Shown in pieces: positions 12,940 through 25,129 of a stretch of DNA of 64,000 nucleotides (position 1 is its first letter; each line of letters starts with the position of its first letter). This DNA comes from Gnetum montanum (lineage: Eukaryota > Plantae > Gnetophyta). The stretch is from positions 1,234,715-1,298,714 of the forward strand of contig MNCI01000668.1 of the NCBI GenBank assembly GCA_015680685.1, given 5' to 3'. The position numbers were made by a program, and so were the translations under genes. The notes under the pieces are model-generated. The model had not been told where the DNA came from. It worked only from the letters and a program-made list of their open reading frames with translations, and did not search any database.

Positions 12940-13700
12940 CCCCAAGGATGACCATGCACTACCACGTCAACATCGCTGGTTGCCTACCATCACTGCTCTA
13001 CCATAAGCCATACTACCACTACTACCACTCCTCTATGAACTTCAACCTACTGTCACACCTACCATTATGCAATGCTTGCACCTTTTTCCATCATTTTTCA
13101 CCATGCACCACCTTTCTCCATATACTGTCTGCTACCCTCACACTTTGTTGTCACTGCAGTCCTCCTACAACCAAAACCCTCACTGCCCTTATTCTTATGC
13201 CACTCCTATCACACAACCAAAATCAAAACCCTTGCTTCTTGCACCCTCCATCATTGTCCATTGATTTGCTACTATGTAACCCTACCATGTTGCCACCACA
13301 CATCACTGATCCACCTTGTTGCCTATCATGCATCTACTGTCATGCCTACCCATTGCTGCGCTACCTACTACCATGCTGCGTGCACTACCATCATGCATAG
13401 CCACCACACACCACATGTTCCATAATTGCCCTCCTCCCTGCATGCTTCATCGGCATCCTTTTACATTGCCTATTATCCACCAATGTCGCAAATCACTACC
13501 TCCTATGCTGCCAATCACTACCTCCTGTGCCATTAATCACTACCTTCACTTTCATCGATCACTACCTCAAGCATTGCCCATCATTGCCTCCAACACCACT
13601 CATCATTGCCTCTAGTGTTGCCCATCACTACCTCCAACATCACACATCACTGCCTCTAGCACCGCCGTGTGGACCTTAAAATAGTGCATCACTGCGGCTG
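12940..13700 (+). repeat. C-rich low-complexity tract (CCA/CAC/CAT)
   Basis: Strong C skew, and overlapping His/Pro/Cys-rich ORFs in all three frames. Confidence 0.7.
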
Positions 13701-14671
13701 TTGCTACTATTCATAATGAAACAACAAATTCTCCATTATATGACAAAAAATTTTCAATTGTCCATCAACTCTCAGAAAAATTTGAAATTCCCATCAATTA
13801 ACAAAAAATTCAAATTTTCATCATTGAACTATTAGTTTAATTAGGAACTTGTGAAAATAGTTTTCAAAATTAGAATTTGGTGCATTGGTAGTAATAGAGA
13901 TAAGAATTCCACAATTAAGTGTCCTTGCTTTTGAGTAGAACTAGGATGAGTGATCTCTTGGGAAGTCTCGTTTCTCGCACCAAAGTCCTTAGACTCCAAA
14001 AGCCATAACTTTTGATTTTGGAAAACTTTTTCAGTAAATGAAGAGTCATTTCTTATAGATTTCAACCTTTTGAGCTCAATGGTAGAGTCAAATCCATCCT
14101 AGAAAACCTTGAAGATTAGTTTTTTTGACTCCTTGCTTTATATAGTGCCTTGAAATCCTCAGAAGTTTAATTTTAGCATCACTCAAGTTTACGATATCCA
14201 TTTTCAATATATGAATAGTCATTCCTAAAATTTTTCACCCATCTAAACTCAATGGTGAGGTCATATTTATCATCCAAAAATCCAAAAATTTGATGATATC
14301 ATAAATTCAACCTTTTGGATTTTAAGATTTAGTACATAACCCTTACAGATAATCTTAAGATTACCATAGCATGTTATTAATTACACTACCAAAATTAGTT
14401 TTCTTAAGGGGAGTAGAAAGGCCACTAAGAATTAGATAATATAGTTACATATTACTAAAATTATATGATGTCATTAAATATTACTAAAATTAGATATATT
14501 AGTTGGGGAATCAGTTGTTGTATCAATATTAGTTGATTATTAGTCAATGTATTAGTTAATGATCAGTTGAGTATTAGTTGGAGAATTAGTTTAAGAAATA
14601 GAAGAATCTTCCATTGTCAAGAAAAGGGTATATTAATCCATCCTATAATCAAAAACATATGGCAAAACAAC

Positions 14672-15870
14672 ATGGAGACTCAAAATGTTGTTCCAACAAG
14701 GAGTATGATATTCATGAAGAGAAATGATCCAAACAAGAATCCAAGAATGAGAATAAAAGTTGTAACATACAACATGCTTGCAAAATCACTAGTGAGTGAG
14801 AAACAATATCCACTATGTTGATCATGGACCTTGGATTGGCATGAATATTGATATCCACGCATCTTAGCAAAATTAAAAGATTTGGATGCTGATGTCTTGT
14901 GCTTACAAGAAATCTTACCAAGGGAATTTCTGTATCAGTTTCAACTAGACTTGGAAAAGATGGGATACAAATGTATTTATAAGCAAAAAGGTTCTTATGC
15001 AAGTTCTTCTTTTGAGCCATACAAATTAGCATATTGTAGAAATTACAACATGGATGGTTGTGCGATCTTTTATAAAGAAGCCAAGTTTGAATTGGTACAA
15101 ATATTTGAATGGAGTTTAGAAAATATGATTTTTGAAATTCTCAAACTTCAAGAGATGGGAAAGAAAGAATAGTCAAGATTTTGGAAAAATCACATAGCCC
15201 TGGCAGTGATTCTAAAAGTTCATCTATCAGGAAGATGTGTATGTGTGGTTAACACACATTTAATTGCCAAACCAACATGTTCAGATGTTAGACTTTGTTA
15301 AGGAGCATAATTGATTAAGTAAATAGAAGAAAGTTTGAAGAATAAGTTATTTCTAAGTTATACCAATCTAGTTCCATTTATTCTTTATGGAGACTCTAAT
15401 GAAAAATTTGGAAGTAGCGTTTATCAATTCTTAAAATATGGATCTGTAAAGGAATCTTTGGAAGATGAACCTAACTTGAAGAAGATGTTTCCTTCAATTC
15501 AGTATGCAATTCCACTAACCAATTCATATTTTAATTTCTTTGAATCTTTAGTAGATAAATCAGACTCTAGAATTCAAGAACAGATGATGTTGATGAATAG
15601 CACTCATCAAGAACCATAGTTTACCAATTAATCTATAATGATTAATGAAGATGGATTAACAACATTCTTCATTAAGACTTTAAATTATATTTGGTATGAT
15701 ATCCGATTCTTTAAAGTTACCAAGTTACTAGAGTTGATTACTAAAGAAGAAGTTGAGAAGAATCAAGATCAAGTCTTGCCATCCTAAATAAGATCATATG
15801 ATCATATACCACTTATGGTAGAATTACAATTACTCCCATTAGTTCATAAGGTTGATCAAGATCAAGAAGT
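14672..15870 (+). pseudogene. CCR4: CCR4-family (EEP) mRNA deadenylase catalytic domain, intronless, plant CCR4a/b-like
   Basis: Single frame: VVTYNML, WTLDW, DADVLCLQE, GYKCIYKQK, DGCAIFY, HIALAVIL, VVNTHL, DVRLC, ILYGDSN, GSSVYQFL, PLTNSY, EP*FTN, TLNYIWY, LLEL, LPS, YDHIPLMVE. Nine in-frame stops and no frameshift. Confidence 0.92.
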
Positions 15871-16298
15871 ATCTCACTCTTACTTTTATTTAATTAATCT
15901 TATTATTTTATTCATTGTTTAATTTTTATTTCAATTAGATAAGTAATATATCTATGATAATAAAAATTGGGGATAAAGAAGTTGCTTTGCCTTCACTTAG
16001 GTAACCAGATCCAAGTTGCACTTTGTATGATCCTAGTTAGGATTGGTGATTAGTGGTTGATAAATCTATAATTCATATTTTTTCATTATCTTAGAAAATG
16101 AAGTATCAAGAAAGTAATATTTAATTTTCCATATATTTTTCTCACATATATTTTGTTTATAGAATAAGCAAGAAACAACTTCAAGCTCAAAGGAGAAATC
16201 AAATTATTGGAGCACAAGATCATGAAGGAAAGCATTAGATTTGGAAATAGATAGAAAACATGGATTCATTTGAGGATGAATGAAACCTAAGGGGGTTA

Positions 16299-16907
16299 TA
16301 TTACCACATCTCCATTCCCAAATGATGTTGCTAACTAATGAAGATGGTGTCTCTTCAAAATAAGTGTTATTGTTATCTTAATAAGATCGAAAAAGGTAGT
16401 TGTAATTGAGACCTAAAAGAGCATGTTGTAATAATAGACATGTCCCTTAAGGTAACCTTTGGGGCTTTGACCTAAGGCATTTATACTTGAGGTTAGAGGT
16501 CATGCTAGCATGGAATGGCAAAGCTGATATAGGCAAGTCATGGGGTGGTGGAGTTGGTATAGGCAAGTCATGGAAAGGCAAGTGAAGTGGGATAGGAAGT
16601 GGACTAGACATTTCTTCTAGTTGAGTTATAGCCCTAACTATGGTGGTAGTGTTGGGTTGCCTCTAAGGGATAGATGCCAAAGGAAGAAAACCCCAAGGAA
16701 CACTCTCAGAGCACGATCTGGATACACTATTCTATATCAATGAAGCATTCTTTTATTTCTCTTTTTACATTTTTTTCTATTATTTCTTGTATACATAATG
16801 TCAAATACCAATTATATTTCGCATTTGGTATACTTTCTTTGTATGCATAGTGTCTAATATATCATATATGTGACGTTTGCCATGACATCTAAGGATGATA
16901 TGTCACA
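16299..16907 (+). repeat. 3' LTR of the CCR4-carrying element
   Basis: Follows the PPT, ends tgtcaca, and is followed by TSD ctgat. Confidence 0.92.
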
Positions 16908-16912
16908 CTGAT

Positions 16913-18389
16913 AGAATTGTCAAAGCATTGAATGCACCTATGATGTTTGTACCAAATGTTTCTACACTCAAATATGTGCAGATATCTATAGGAATAGTTA
17001 GTAGCAAATTTAGTGTAGCCTAGCACAAGGAGTTATTGGACCTACTAGTGGGAACGAGGAAACCAATTTTGAATATCTTTGATCTTCTAGATACAATCAC
17101 TGCAACCCAATCAAGGCTACTAGAAGCAAAGGACAAGTGCATTACATTGGAGGGGTAACTCAAAATCTCAAAATAGCCCAAGCACAAAACCAACACTTGG
17201 CTGCAAAGGTTGTTGAATTAAGAGCCCATTGTGTTGATCATAGGTTTCTCAACCCTGCAATAACACGTGATGAAGATTTCAAATAGCTTCAAGATAAGTC
17301 CAAAAAGGTTGAGGATGTTAAGGAGATGATAGTCTTTAATCAATCCTTGGCTAATTTCATAATGCATAATATCCAAAAGGCCTTGGACCAAACCCATCAG
17401 GAGAATGTGATTCTAACTGCAAAGAATCATCACATGTGGAATGTTGATGCATAAAAGTAGCAAATGGTAGATTTCATCCATCAACAATAGGAGTAGCTAG
17501 GTAGAGTAAACATTGAACTAAGGAGATTGGTAGCCAAAAATAGAAATCTATCCATGGAGGAAGTCTAGAATCTTCACCAAGAATTTGTGATAGAGATAGT
17601 CACCTAGAAAAACAAGGCTCCCAAATTTAAGAGTCAAAAATCACTATAGAGATCAGGTTGGTCTATAGAAAGAGATCAATGAAATACACATCCAGATGAT
17701 GAAGGTAAAAGTTAATGAGGCCTTCCAATAGCTCAAGGAAGGAGATGATGTCTAGCAACCTATCTTTGATGGGCTCAATGACTAAAACAAAGTGGAAATT
17801 TGCATGAAAGTGCTATAGATCAAGAAGATGATGGAGTATATGAAACTTGCCAGTCTTCATTAAGTAAACTTAGCAATGCTAACTGCTAGGTGGCCATGAT
17901 AAGAATTGGAGAAGTAAGTGGCTAGCTTGTACTTACTCTACGAGGCAAAGTTCAAAACCTATAAGGAGACTAAGTAGAAGCTCGAGATTGCTAGTGTTGA
18001 ACTCAAGGTTCTCAAGGCATGATTCATCAATCAAAGATAAACTACTGAGAACTTGATGAAAGGATGAACAACTATCACAAGTTATAGAATTCTCTTAAGA
18101 CATTCAATGTTGAACATAAACCTTTTACTACTTGGTTTGTCAACATGAAAGATCTATTCCTAGAAATTTTTTATCCTTGGGATGTTCCCACACCAATCAA
18201 CATTGGCAATGCTACATGGACCATGCATGATCCTAAGGGTAAGAAGCAGAAGATGAAGGCACTATTAGATGCCTTCCATCTTCCACCAAAAGTTGCAACT
18301 ACCATAGGTCAACCATAACTTCCTCAACCATTGTGTACATTGGATGTAGGAGAAGGTCCTTCAAAGCCTCCAGAACCTCCACTACCTAG
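16913..18389 (+). pseudogene. C-terminal (coiled-coil-like) continuation of the Athila A extra ORF
   Basis: Resumes after the TSD. Glu/Lys/Gln-rich degenerate frame ending GEGPSKPPEPPLP*. Confidence 0.5.
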
Positions 18390-18648
18390 GATTGTTTGAA
18401 CTTCTTCATCATCTTCACCCTATCAAAGCAGTTGTATTTGTTAGTATTATCCTAGTGTTCAATTGTTTTGTCCTTAACATCAAGTTTTGTAATTATTATA
18501 ATTGTACACAGGCACTTAATATTTGTCGTGTTGTTCATGTGTTGTTTTATGTGTCAATAATTCCATACCTTCCCAAATATTTTGTAAGAAGCATGTTTCT
18601 CCTTTTGTTGTTCACTCAAGGATGAGTTTTCATTTATTTGTGGGGGTA

Positions 18649-19533
18649 TGATGAGTCGCATCGATGAGGCCTTGTTAACATGACCCCATCAACATAGTCA
18701 TGTTGATGTGGAGTTTGATGCATTGACATGGGCCCATCAACACAGTGTCTATTTTCACCTATAAATACATGCTCGCCAACTACATTTTAAGGCATAAGTC
18801 TCATAGTTATTACAAAGCTCTTATAGTTTTCTTGTGTGAAAGTTAGAATATTTTTCTAAGTGCCTACAGTAGTAGTCAAAGAGTGTATAGATCTTTATTT
18901 GATTACTGTTGTACCTAAGCATGACAGTGTATGCGATAATAAATACAAGCTTTCTAATAAACCTTACAGTACTTTGAAATAGATTCACTATTTTCTTTAT
19001 GGATTTAGTATTTTATTCAATTTCTTTTAATGCTTGAAGTAAATAAATAATCAATTAAGTAATAAATTAAGCTAGATTAAATAGTGATAAATTAAGCACA
19101 TAAGTACAACCACTTTGAGCATATGCCTGATGCTTGGTAATCCTAGTAATGCTTAACATTTGGTAACCTAGTAGCATTAGACATGTTTAGGATTTGTACA
19201 ATAAGTGGGAATGAATGCTTATGCTTGAATTAGTTAAATATTAGCCAGTTAGATTAAATTAGCAATTAAATATCTTTAATTCTCTATTATTTATTCTTAG
19301 GCAACCTAGAACATAACACATAAAAATGACAAATAATCATATGCCTCAGTTACACTTAACCATACCTTTGCATTTTATAAGTGTAATTGGGAAGACAATG
19401 ATTAAATTGGTTAGTTTCACTTTCTAGAGACTAGTGTACTTAGAATGCTATAAGTCCATAGAATTCAACTGAATCGTGTGTGAACACTTACTAATTCATA
19501 TGGTTGGGCGTAGGGTCTACTCATCACTCATCA
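18649..19533 (+). repeat. 3' LTR of Athila-like element A
   Basis: TGATGAG start after the PPT, TATA-like ctataaata at ~18759, ends cactcatca. Confidence 0.8.
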
Positions 19534-20025
19534 GTAGTTAATTAGTTAGTTAGTTCAATCACTAAATCTTCATTTCATCATTAAGAAATTAGGAGAAAAA
19601 ATGAATAAAATAAATATAAAAATGAACATCTTATGTGTCAACCATAATTAACCTACGCAAAATTATATAGAAGTATGGATTAAGAAGATAATGACTTTCA
19701 ACTATACAATTCATTATTTAGGAATATCAGCATCTTAGGTAACTAAGTTCAAAGAATTTAATCAAATCACTTGTGAACACTTGTGATTTGTATCGTTTGG
19801 CGTAGGAACTACCAACTACTTATGATTAGTGTCATTGCTATGGACTTAGTTTAGCTAAGTACATTAAATATTGTTAATTAGTGAATCCATATAAAATCAT
19901 TATAAGGAAAATATAATGAGTCATTTTTTGTACAAAATACTAATAATAAAAATTATTATATCAAGGCATAGTTAATACATATTACTATGATGGTTTTTTC
20001 TCACAGAAATGAATCGTCACCTCAT

Positions 20026-22650
20026 GTCAATGAATCTATCAATAATAGGATAGGACTTGAAGGACTATGAGTGAGAAGCTTCAGCAGTTGCTAGTAGTAT
20101 ATGCACATCTAGACTTTTATCATCAAGATTTTACCTCCATTTTCCATCAGGATGAACAATTACACTAAAGGTATATGGAGGATAATATCCTATTACCAAC
20201 ACCCCCCGACCCCCCCACCCCNNNNNNNNNNNNNAATTCATGTCATGCTTATGGCCAATCTCATAAAGTTGGGAATTAAATCAGGAAGCCTAGAGTATGA
20301 GGCAACTGATCACATCTCTATTGACTATCAACCACAGAAGCATAACTTAGAAAGGATCAATGTAAGGAGGCATGTCATGAAGCCTCCTTACATTATTTCT
20401 CCAAGGGTAAAATGATCCTAGCTTCATTGTTTCTACAATAACAAAAACAAGACCTTGATTTTCTCTCAATGTTGTCTTAGTACACAGATTCTCTTCTTTT
20501 TATTAAGAAAGAGATCCTTCACCAATAGTTACTATCAATCTTAGAAAACTTTGATGAGGGGATGATGTATTCTAAGATCCAAAGAACATCAAAAAAATAA
20601 ATCTCCTAGTCATTCATCCAAATGTATAAAGAAAGAAAATAACAACAAGAAGAACTAGAAAAAGAACCATAGGAGAGGGACACATCAACACTATTCTCCT
20701 AGTCCTCTACCTTCATCATCCTACTCATTGTCAAACTTTGAAAGGAGGATCCATAACTAACATAGAAGGAGGATTGATCATGTTTGAGATGTAGATGATA
20801 GAAAATCCCATCAAGATGATAAGAACCAAGAGCATAGACAATCACAAGAGGAAGAGAAGCATCATATGGAGAGGAGGCACAATAGGTCTCAACATAGAAG
20901 GCATGACCATGATATGGGGCCACCACAGATGCAATGACTATGATGAACCATTACTGCCTACTAAAAACATGTTGAATTTTCATAAGCAATTCGAATCCCC
21001 ACTAGGCATCAAAGAGATAGCAAGATCAAAAGGTTGGATATGAATAATATAGTCGAATTTGAAGGGAAATATCATGCTAATTCACAACATTATCTATAAG
21101 CTTTCCATGATGTGTGTTTCTTACAAAACATTGAAAACAAGTGGAAGAAGTTAAAACTATTTCCATGGATACTCATCAAAGTAGTAGAAATTTGGTACCA
21201 TTTTTTATAATTAGAATCCATTCACAGATTGAGGATAATGTTGGAGTTGTTTAACAATAAGTACTAGACATACTCCTGAGTGTCCAACTTGAGGAAACAA
21301 ATCCAAGGATGGAAACAAGACAATTAGAAATCCTTGGATGCAACCATGGGTAGGCATTATTTCCTTTTACATTGATGACTAAGCCATAGATTTTCTTAAA
21401 TGGAGCAACTTCATCACATTATAGATGGAATCCAAAGCAAAACTAGAGAAATTCTTAAGGTCTATGTCATAGGGAGACTTTTGGAGATGAGAGCCTATTA
21501 GATCAATATGCTACTTAATCAGGTGACAAAGGAAGAAGGGAAGAGGAAGAAAAAAGAAAGCATAGAGAGTATCATAGGGACCCCTCCATTCACAAAAGGT
21601 AGTTGCATTTCTATGATCCAGAGAAGGAAGCACAACTAGATGAAGTATGTAGAGGAAAACCTTACTAATCTAGAAATCTATCATTCAAATATTGGCAAAG
21701 ATGGATAAAATATGAAAATCCATAGATGAGAAGTTCCAAACTACTCTCAAGATAGTGAAGGAGAATATGGAGTAGGGAAGTAAAGATAGAGATAGAAGGA
21801 GATAAAAGAATGCAAGTAGGAAACATTATCAACAAAAAGGTAATGTTGTAGTGGTTAATGAGGTTGTAGATTTGGGAACAAATGATGAAGAATGTGTTAT
21901 TTGTCAATATTAATATCCCAAAAAATGTTTCCCTATAGTGTCACATCTTCAAGAATCTATATTTTATGTGTTAAACCAAAAATTGACATGAATAAAATCA
22001 CCCAGTAGATTGCCTTATCCACAAGATAATTACAAGCAACGATTTTACCAAATATAGTATTGTATTAGTGGAGTACCATCTCAACCTCAAGAGTGATATC
22101 AATAATGGTAAAATCCATAATTGTGGGAGATGCCACCACCAAGGTAGAAATATCCTTACTGACAATCAAATCCATATTGATATTATGTCTAGCAATGTGT
22201 ATCTCCTTGTGGCTCTGTAGGTCACACTTCTTTCTCTTATCACTACTACCTTCATGAATATCATCAAACCCCCACTCTAAGAACTAAGTATTCCTCCTCT
22301 TATCCTCCTTTATATCAAGCACCTCATCCTATACATTCTAATGTCACTCCCTTGCCACCTACACCATCAATGTAAGGGGAAATCTCACCATAGCCATAGT
22401 AATGCAATGTCATGAGGGTAGTAAATTTACAACTAGATGATCATTCAAGTGGTTCTAAGCATAACCCTCAAAAGAGAGCTTTCTTCAAGTCACAAAATCC
22501 ACAAAAATTCTCTTGGAGGTCTATGACTACTAACCTTACATCAACTACTTTTGGAATTATCCTTAAGCCTCCTTCAAATCAAATGTCCTATACACACTAT
22601 CATGTTGACCCATGTGGTCACAGATTAGATTAAGATTGGCTATCTTCCTA
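20026..22650 (+). pseudogene. gag: Athila-like gag
   Basis: AFHDVC...IENKWKKLKLFPW...EIWY (Retrotrans_gag) and a knuckle remnant ECVICQY at ~21890. Homologous to 32900-31100 and 54540-52396. Confidence 0.75.
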
Positions 22651-22699
22651 ATAAATTATCTAATCCTTGAAGTTTCCTCATCTATTTTTAGATCACAAG

Positions 22700-25060
22700 A
22701 AATTATTCATGTAAGGCTCTACTAGATTTGGATTCTTGGGTATACTTAATTTCTTAGGAGATGTATAAGACCTAGAACTTTCCTTTATTAAAGAAATTCA
22801 ATACCATGTTAGATCTTTTGGATCAATCCATCATTGTTCTATTACGATTGATGGAGGAAATTGTGACCACCATCTATGATTGGTCATACCCAATAGATTT
22901 TCTAGTGAACCACATGAACAATTGCAATGGGAATTTTGCTTTTATCATGGAAAGGACTAGATTAGTACCATTGATGTTAAGATAGAGATTAAATATCCTT
23001 CCTTGAAAATCTCCAAGAAAAACAAGTTTGGAAAGGTTAAGAATATGGGCCATGAAAAGCATGTCTATCTAAGAATGCAATTAGTATCTTGAAACATCAA
23101 ATGTTCACAAGTGCCTATATGCAGTAGGCACAAAATAAGAAGGTAACATGTGGCTAAATATGATAATAACTCTAAATATACAATATGCATGGAACTAATA
23201 AAGCTCCTCACAAGCACCTATATAGATAACTTGGATGGATTGGAGTAGATCCATAACCAAATTTTTCACAAAAATAAGTATATAGGTTGGGGAAATTTGG
23301 AAATTCCTAATGCTTTCAACAAGGAGCCCCTTAAACTAAAGGCTTTACAAGAAGTATTAGAATGCACTTTTCTTAATAATGAAAAGATGGTAATAATCAA
23401 TGTCAGTCTTACCTAAGACTAGAAATAGAAGTTGCTAAAGTAGCGTACAAATATCAAACAACCTTTGAATGGTCATATCATGAGTTGACAAGGATAGATA
23501 TATGGATATGCTAGCATCAGATCTATACAAACTCCTCTATCAAGTCAAGGAGGTAGCGATAGAGGAGATTGAATCCTAAGCTTAAGTTATTAAGGATGAA
23601 GTTGAACAACTTCTTAAGACCAAATTCATCTATCCTATAGCAAATAGTGAGTGGGTAAATCCACTCATGATTGTGCCAAAGAAATGAGGGAAATGGAGAT
23701 TTTGTATAGATTTTATACTATTGAATATGGTAATATTTAACAATCATTTCTAATTACTGTTTGTGGACCAAGTATTGGATAAAATTATAGGGCATAACTA
23801 CTACAATTTTTTGGATGGTTATAGTGGTTATAACCAAATCAAGATAGCACTAGAAGATCAATCCAAGATGACATTCACAAGCCCTTGGGGAACTTTCTCA
23901 TATAAAAAGATGTCATTTGGCCTATGTAATGCCCCTACAACTTTCTAATGACTGGTACTTAACATTGTTTAGTAGAAGATCAGTAGTGGTGTGGAGGTCT
24001 TCATGGATGACTTCTCTACCTATGGAACCAAATATGAACAATCCTTGAACCATCTAAAGATAGTGCTAAACAAATTTATGAAGATAAATGTATGGCTTAA
24101 TTTGTAGAAAAGCTACATGATGATTCAAGAAGGCATTGTTCTAGGATATTGAATTTTAGCAAAAGAGATTTAAGGTGGACCTAGAGAAAGTACGGGTGAT
24201 CCAAGGAATCACTAGACATCCTCAAAGTCTAAGAGATATGAGGTTATTCCTTGGACATAATATTTACTATAGATTCTTCATCAAGAATTTCTCTAAGATT
24301 GTCAAATTGTTGGTGAAGCTTACAAAGAAGAATGCACCTTTCGACTAGATCAAGAAATGCCAACAAGCATTCCAGTAATTAAAGAAAAATCTTGTGGAAA
24401 CTCCTATCCTACTTGCTCTAGATTGTTTCAAACCATTTCACATAATTACATGTACATCTAACCATGCTTTGAAAGTAGTGCTTACATAATTGGATGATCA
24501 AAAATGTCCATATTACATCCATTGTGAAAGCAAAAGTATTGTGGGTACATAACCAAATTACACCACCACCAAGAAGAAGCTCATGGCAATTATGTATGTT
24601 TTGGAAAACTTTTAGGCATGATGTGCTTGAATATGAAATCTTTGTGCATAGTGACCATAGTACTATCCATTTCCTAATGAATATGCTAGCATTAAGCCCC
24701 TATATCATATGATGGTTGGTGATTTTGCAAGAGTTTGATCTTACCATGGTGGATAGGAAGGAAATTGAGAATGTGATTGTTGATCACTTGTCTCGATTGA
24801 GATGGGATTGAAAAGAGGATGAAGAGCCTTTATTTGATCAATGTCCAAAAGAACTCATATTTTCTAAATGAATTTATGTTTAAAAGCTGAGGAGTATCAA
24901 TTGATATGATCAATTTCTCTCCTATCTTCTCATACAAGAGATGACTACTAAATGAGATAATAAAAAGAAATAATAGTTTCTTCAGTAATTCAAGCACTAT
25001 GTGGAAATCCAAGGTAACCTTTACAAGGTATGTGCCAATTTCATGGTTAGATGGTATGTA
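22700..25060 (+). pseudogene. pol: Gypsy pol (protease remnant, RT, RNase H)
   Basis: RRLNPKL, EWVNPLMIVPKK, FLDGYSGYNQI, TFTSPWGTF, FGLCNAPTTF, VFMDDFS (~23997), HSDHS, NVIVDHLSRL. Confidence 0.92.
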
Positions 25061-25129
25061 TTGAATGTCAATCAATTATGCATCCTTCTAGAATTGAAAC
25101 ATAATAGCTAAAAGAGATAGATGAAACTT

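Larger units (their letters stand above)
11244..16907 (+). mobile_element. Non-autonomous LTR retroelement (LARD-like) carrying a CCR4 deadenylase pseudogene
   Basis: LTRs at 11244-11848 and 16299-16907 with decayed TG..CA ends. PBS ttgtatcagag at 11851, PPT aagggggtta at 16289-16298, TSD ttgat (11239-11243) / ctgat (16908-16912). No gag or pol found. Confidence 0.9.
5711..19533 (+). mobile_element. Athila-like Ty3/gypsy element A (5'-truncated; pol, env-like ORF, 3' LTR), interrupted by an insertion at 11244-16907
   Basis: RT/RH/INT motifs, extra ORF from 9868, PPT ttgtgggggta at ~18638-18648, LTR TGATGAG...CATCA at 18649-19533. Confidence 0.85.
19534..25060 (+). mobile_element. Athila-like element B (3' part of the 5' LTR, PBS, gag, pol up to the start of integrase)
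   Basis: LTR end at ~19825, decayed PBS ttagtgtcattgc (from TGGCGCCGTTGC), gag and RT/RH motifs. Truncated at ~25060. Confidence 0.85.

Noticed and set aside
12948-13615. Four overlapping His/Cys/Pro-rich ORFs
   Set aside because: By-product of C-rich low-complexity DNA that lacks stop codons; no domain signal.
13841-14150. Minus-strand TATA box (ctatataaag) with a 74-aa ORF
   Set aside because: The ORF overlaps a duplicated non-coding retroelement motif (14010-14100 vs 14190-14280) and has no recognisable homology.
14672-15870. LINE ORF2 AP-endonuclease explanation for the EEP domain
   Set aside because: DGCAIFY, EPxFTN and WxLxW are CCR4-specific motifs, and no LINE RT or poly(A) tail follows.
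20205-20234. C-run next to Ns
   Set aside because: Assembly gap edge; the sequence is unreliable.
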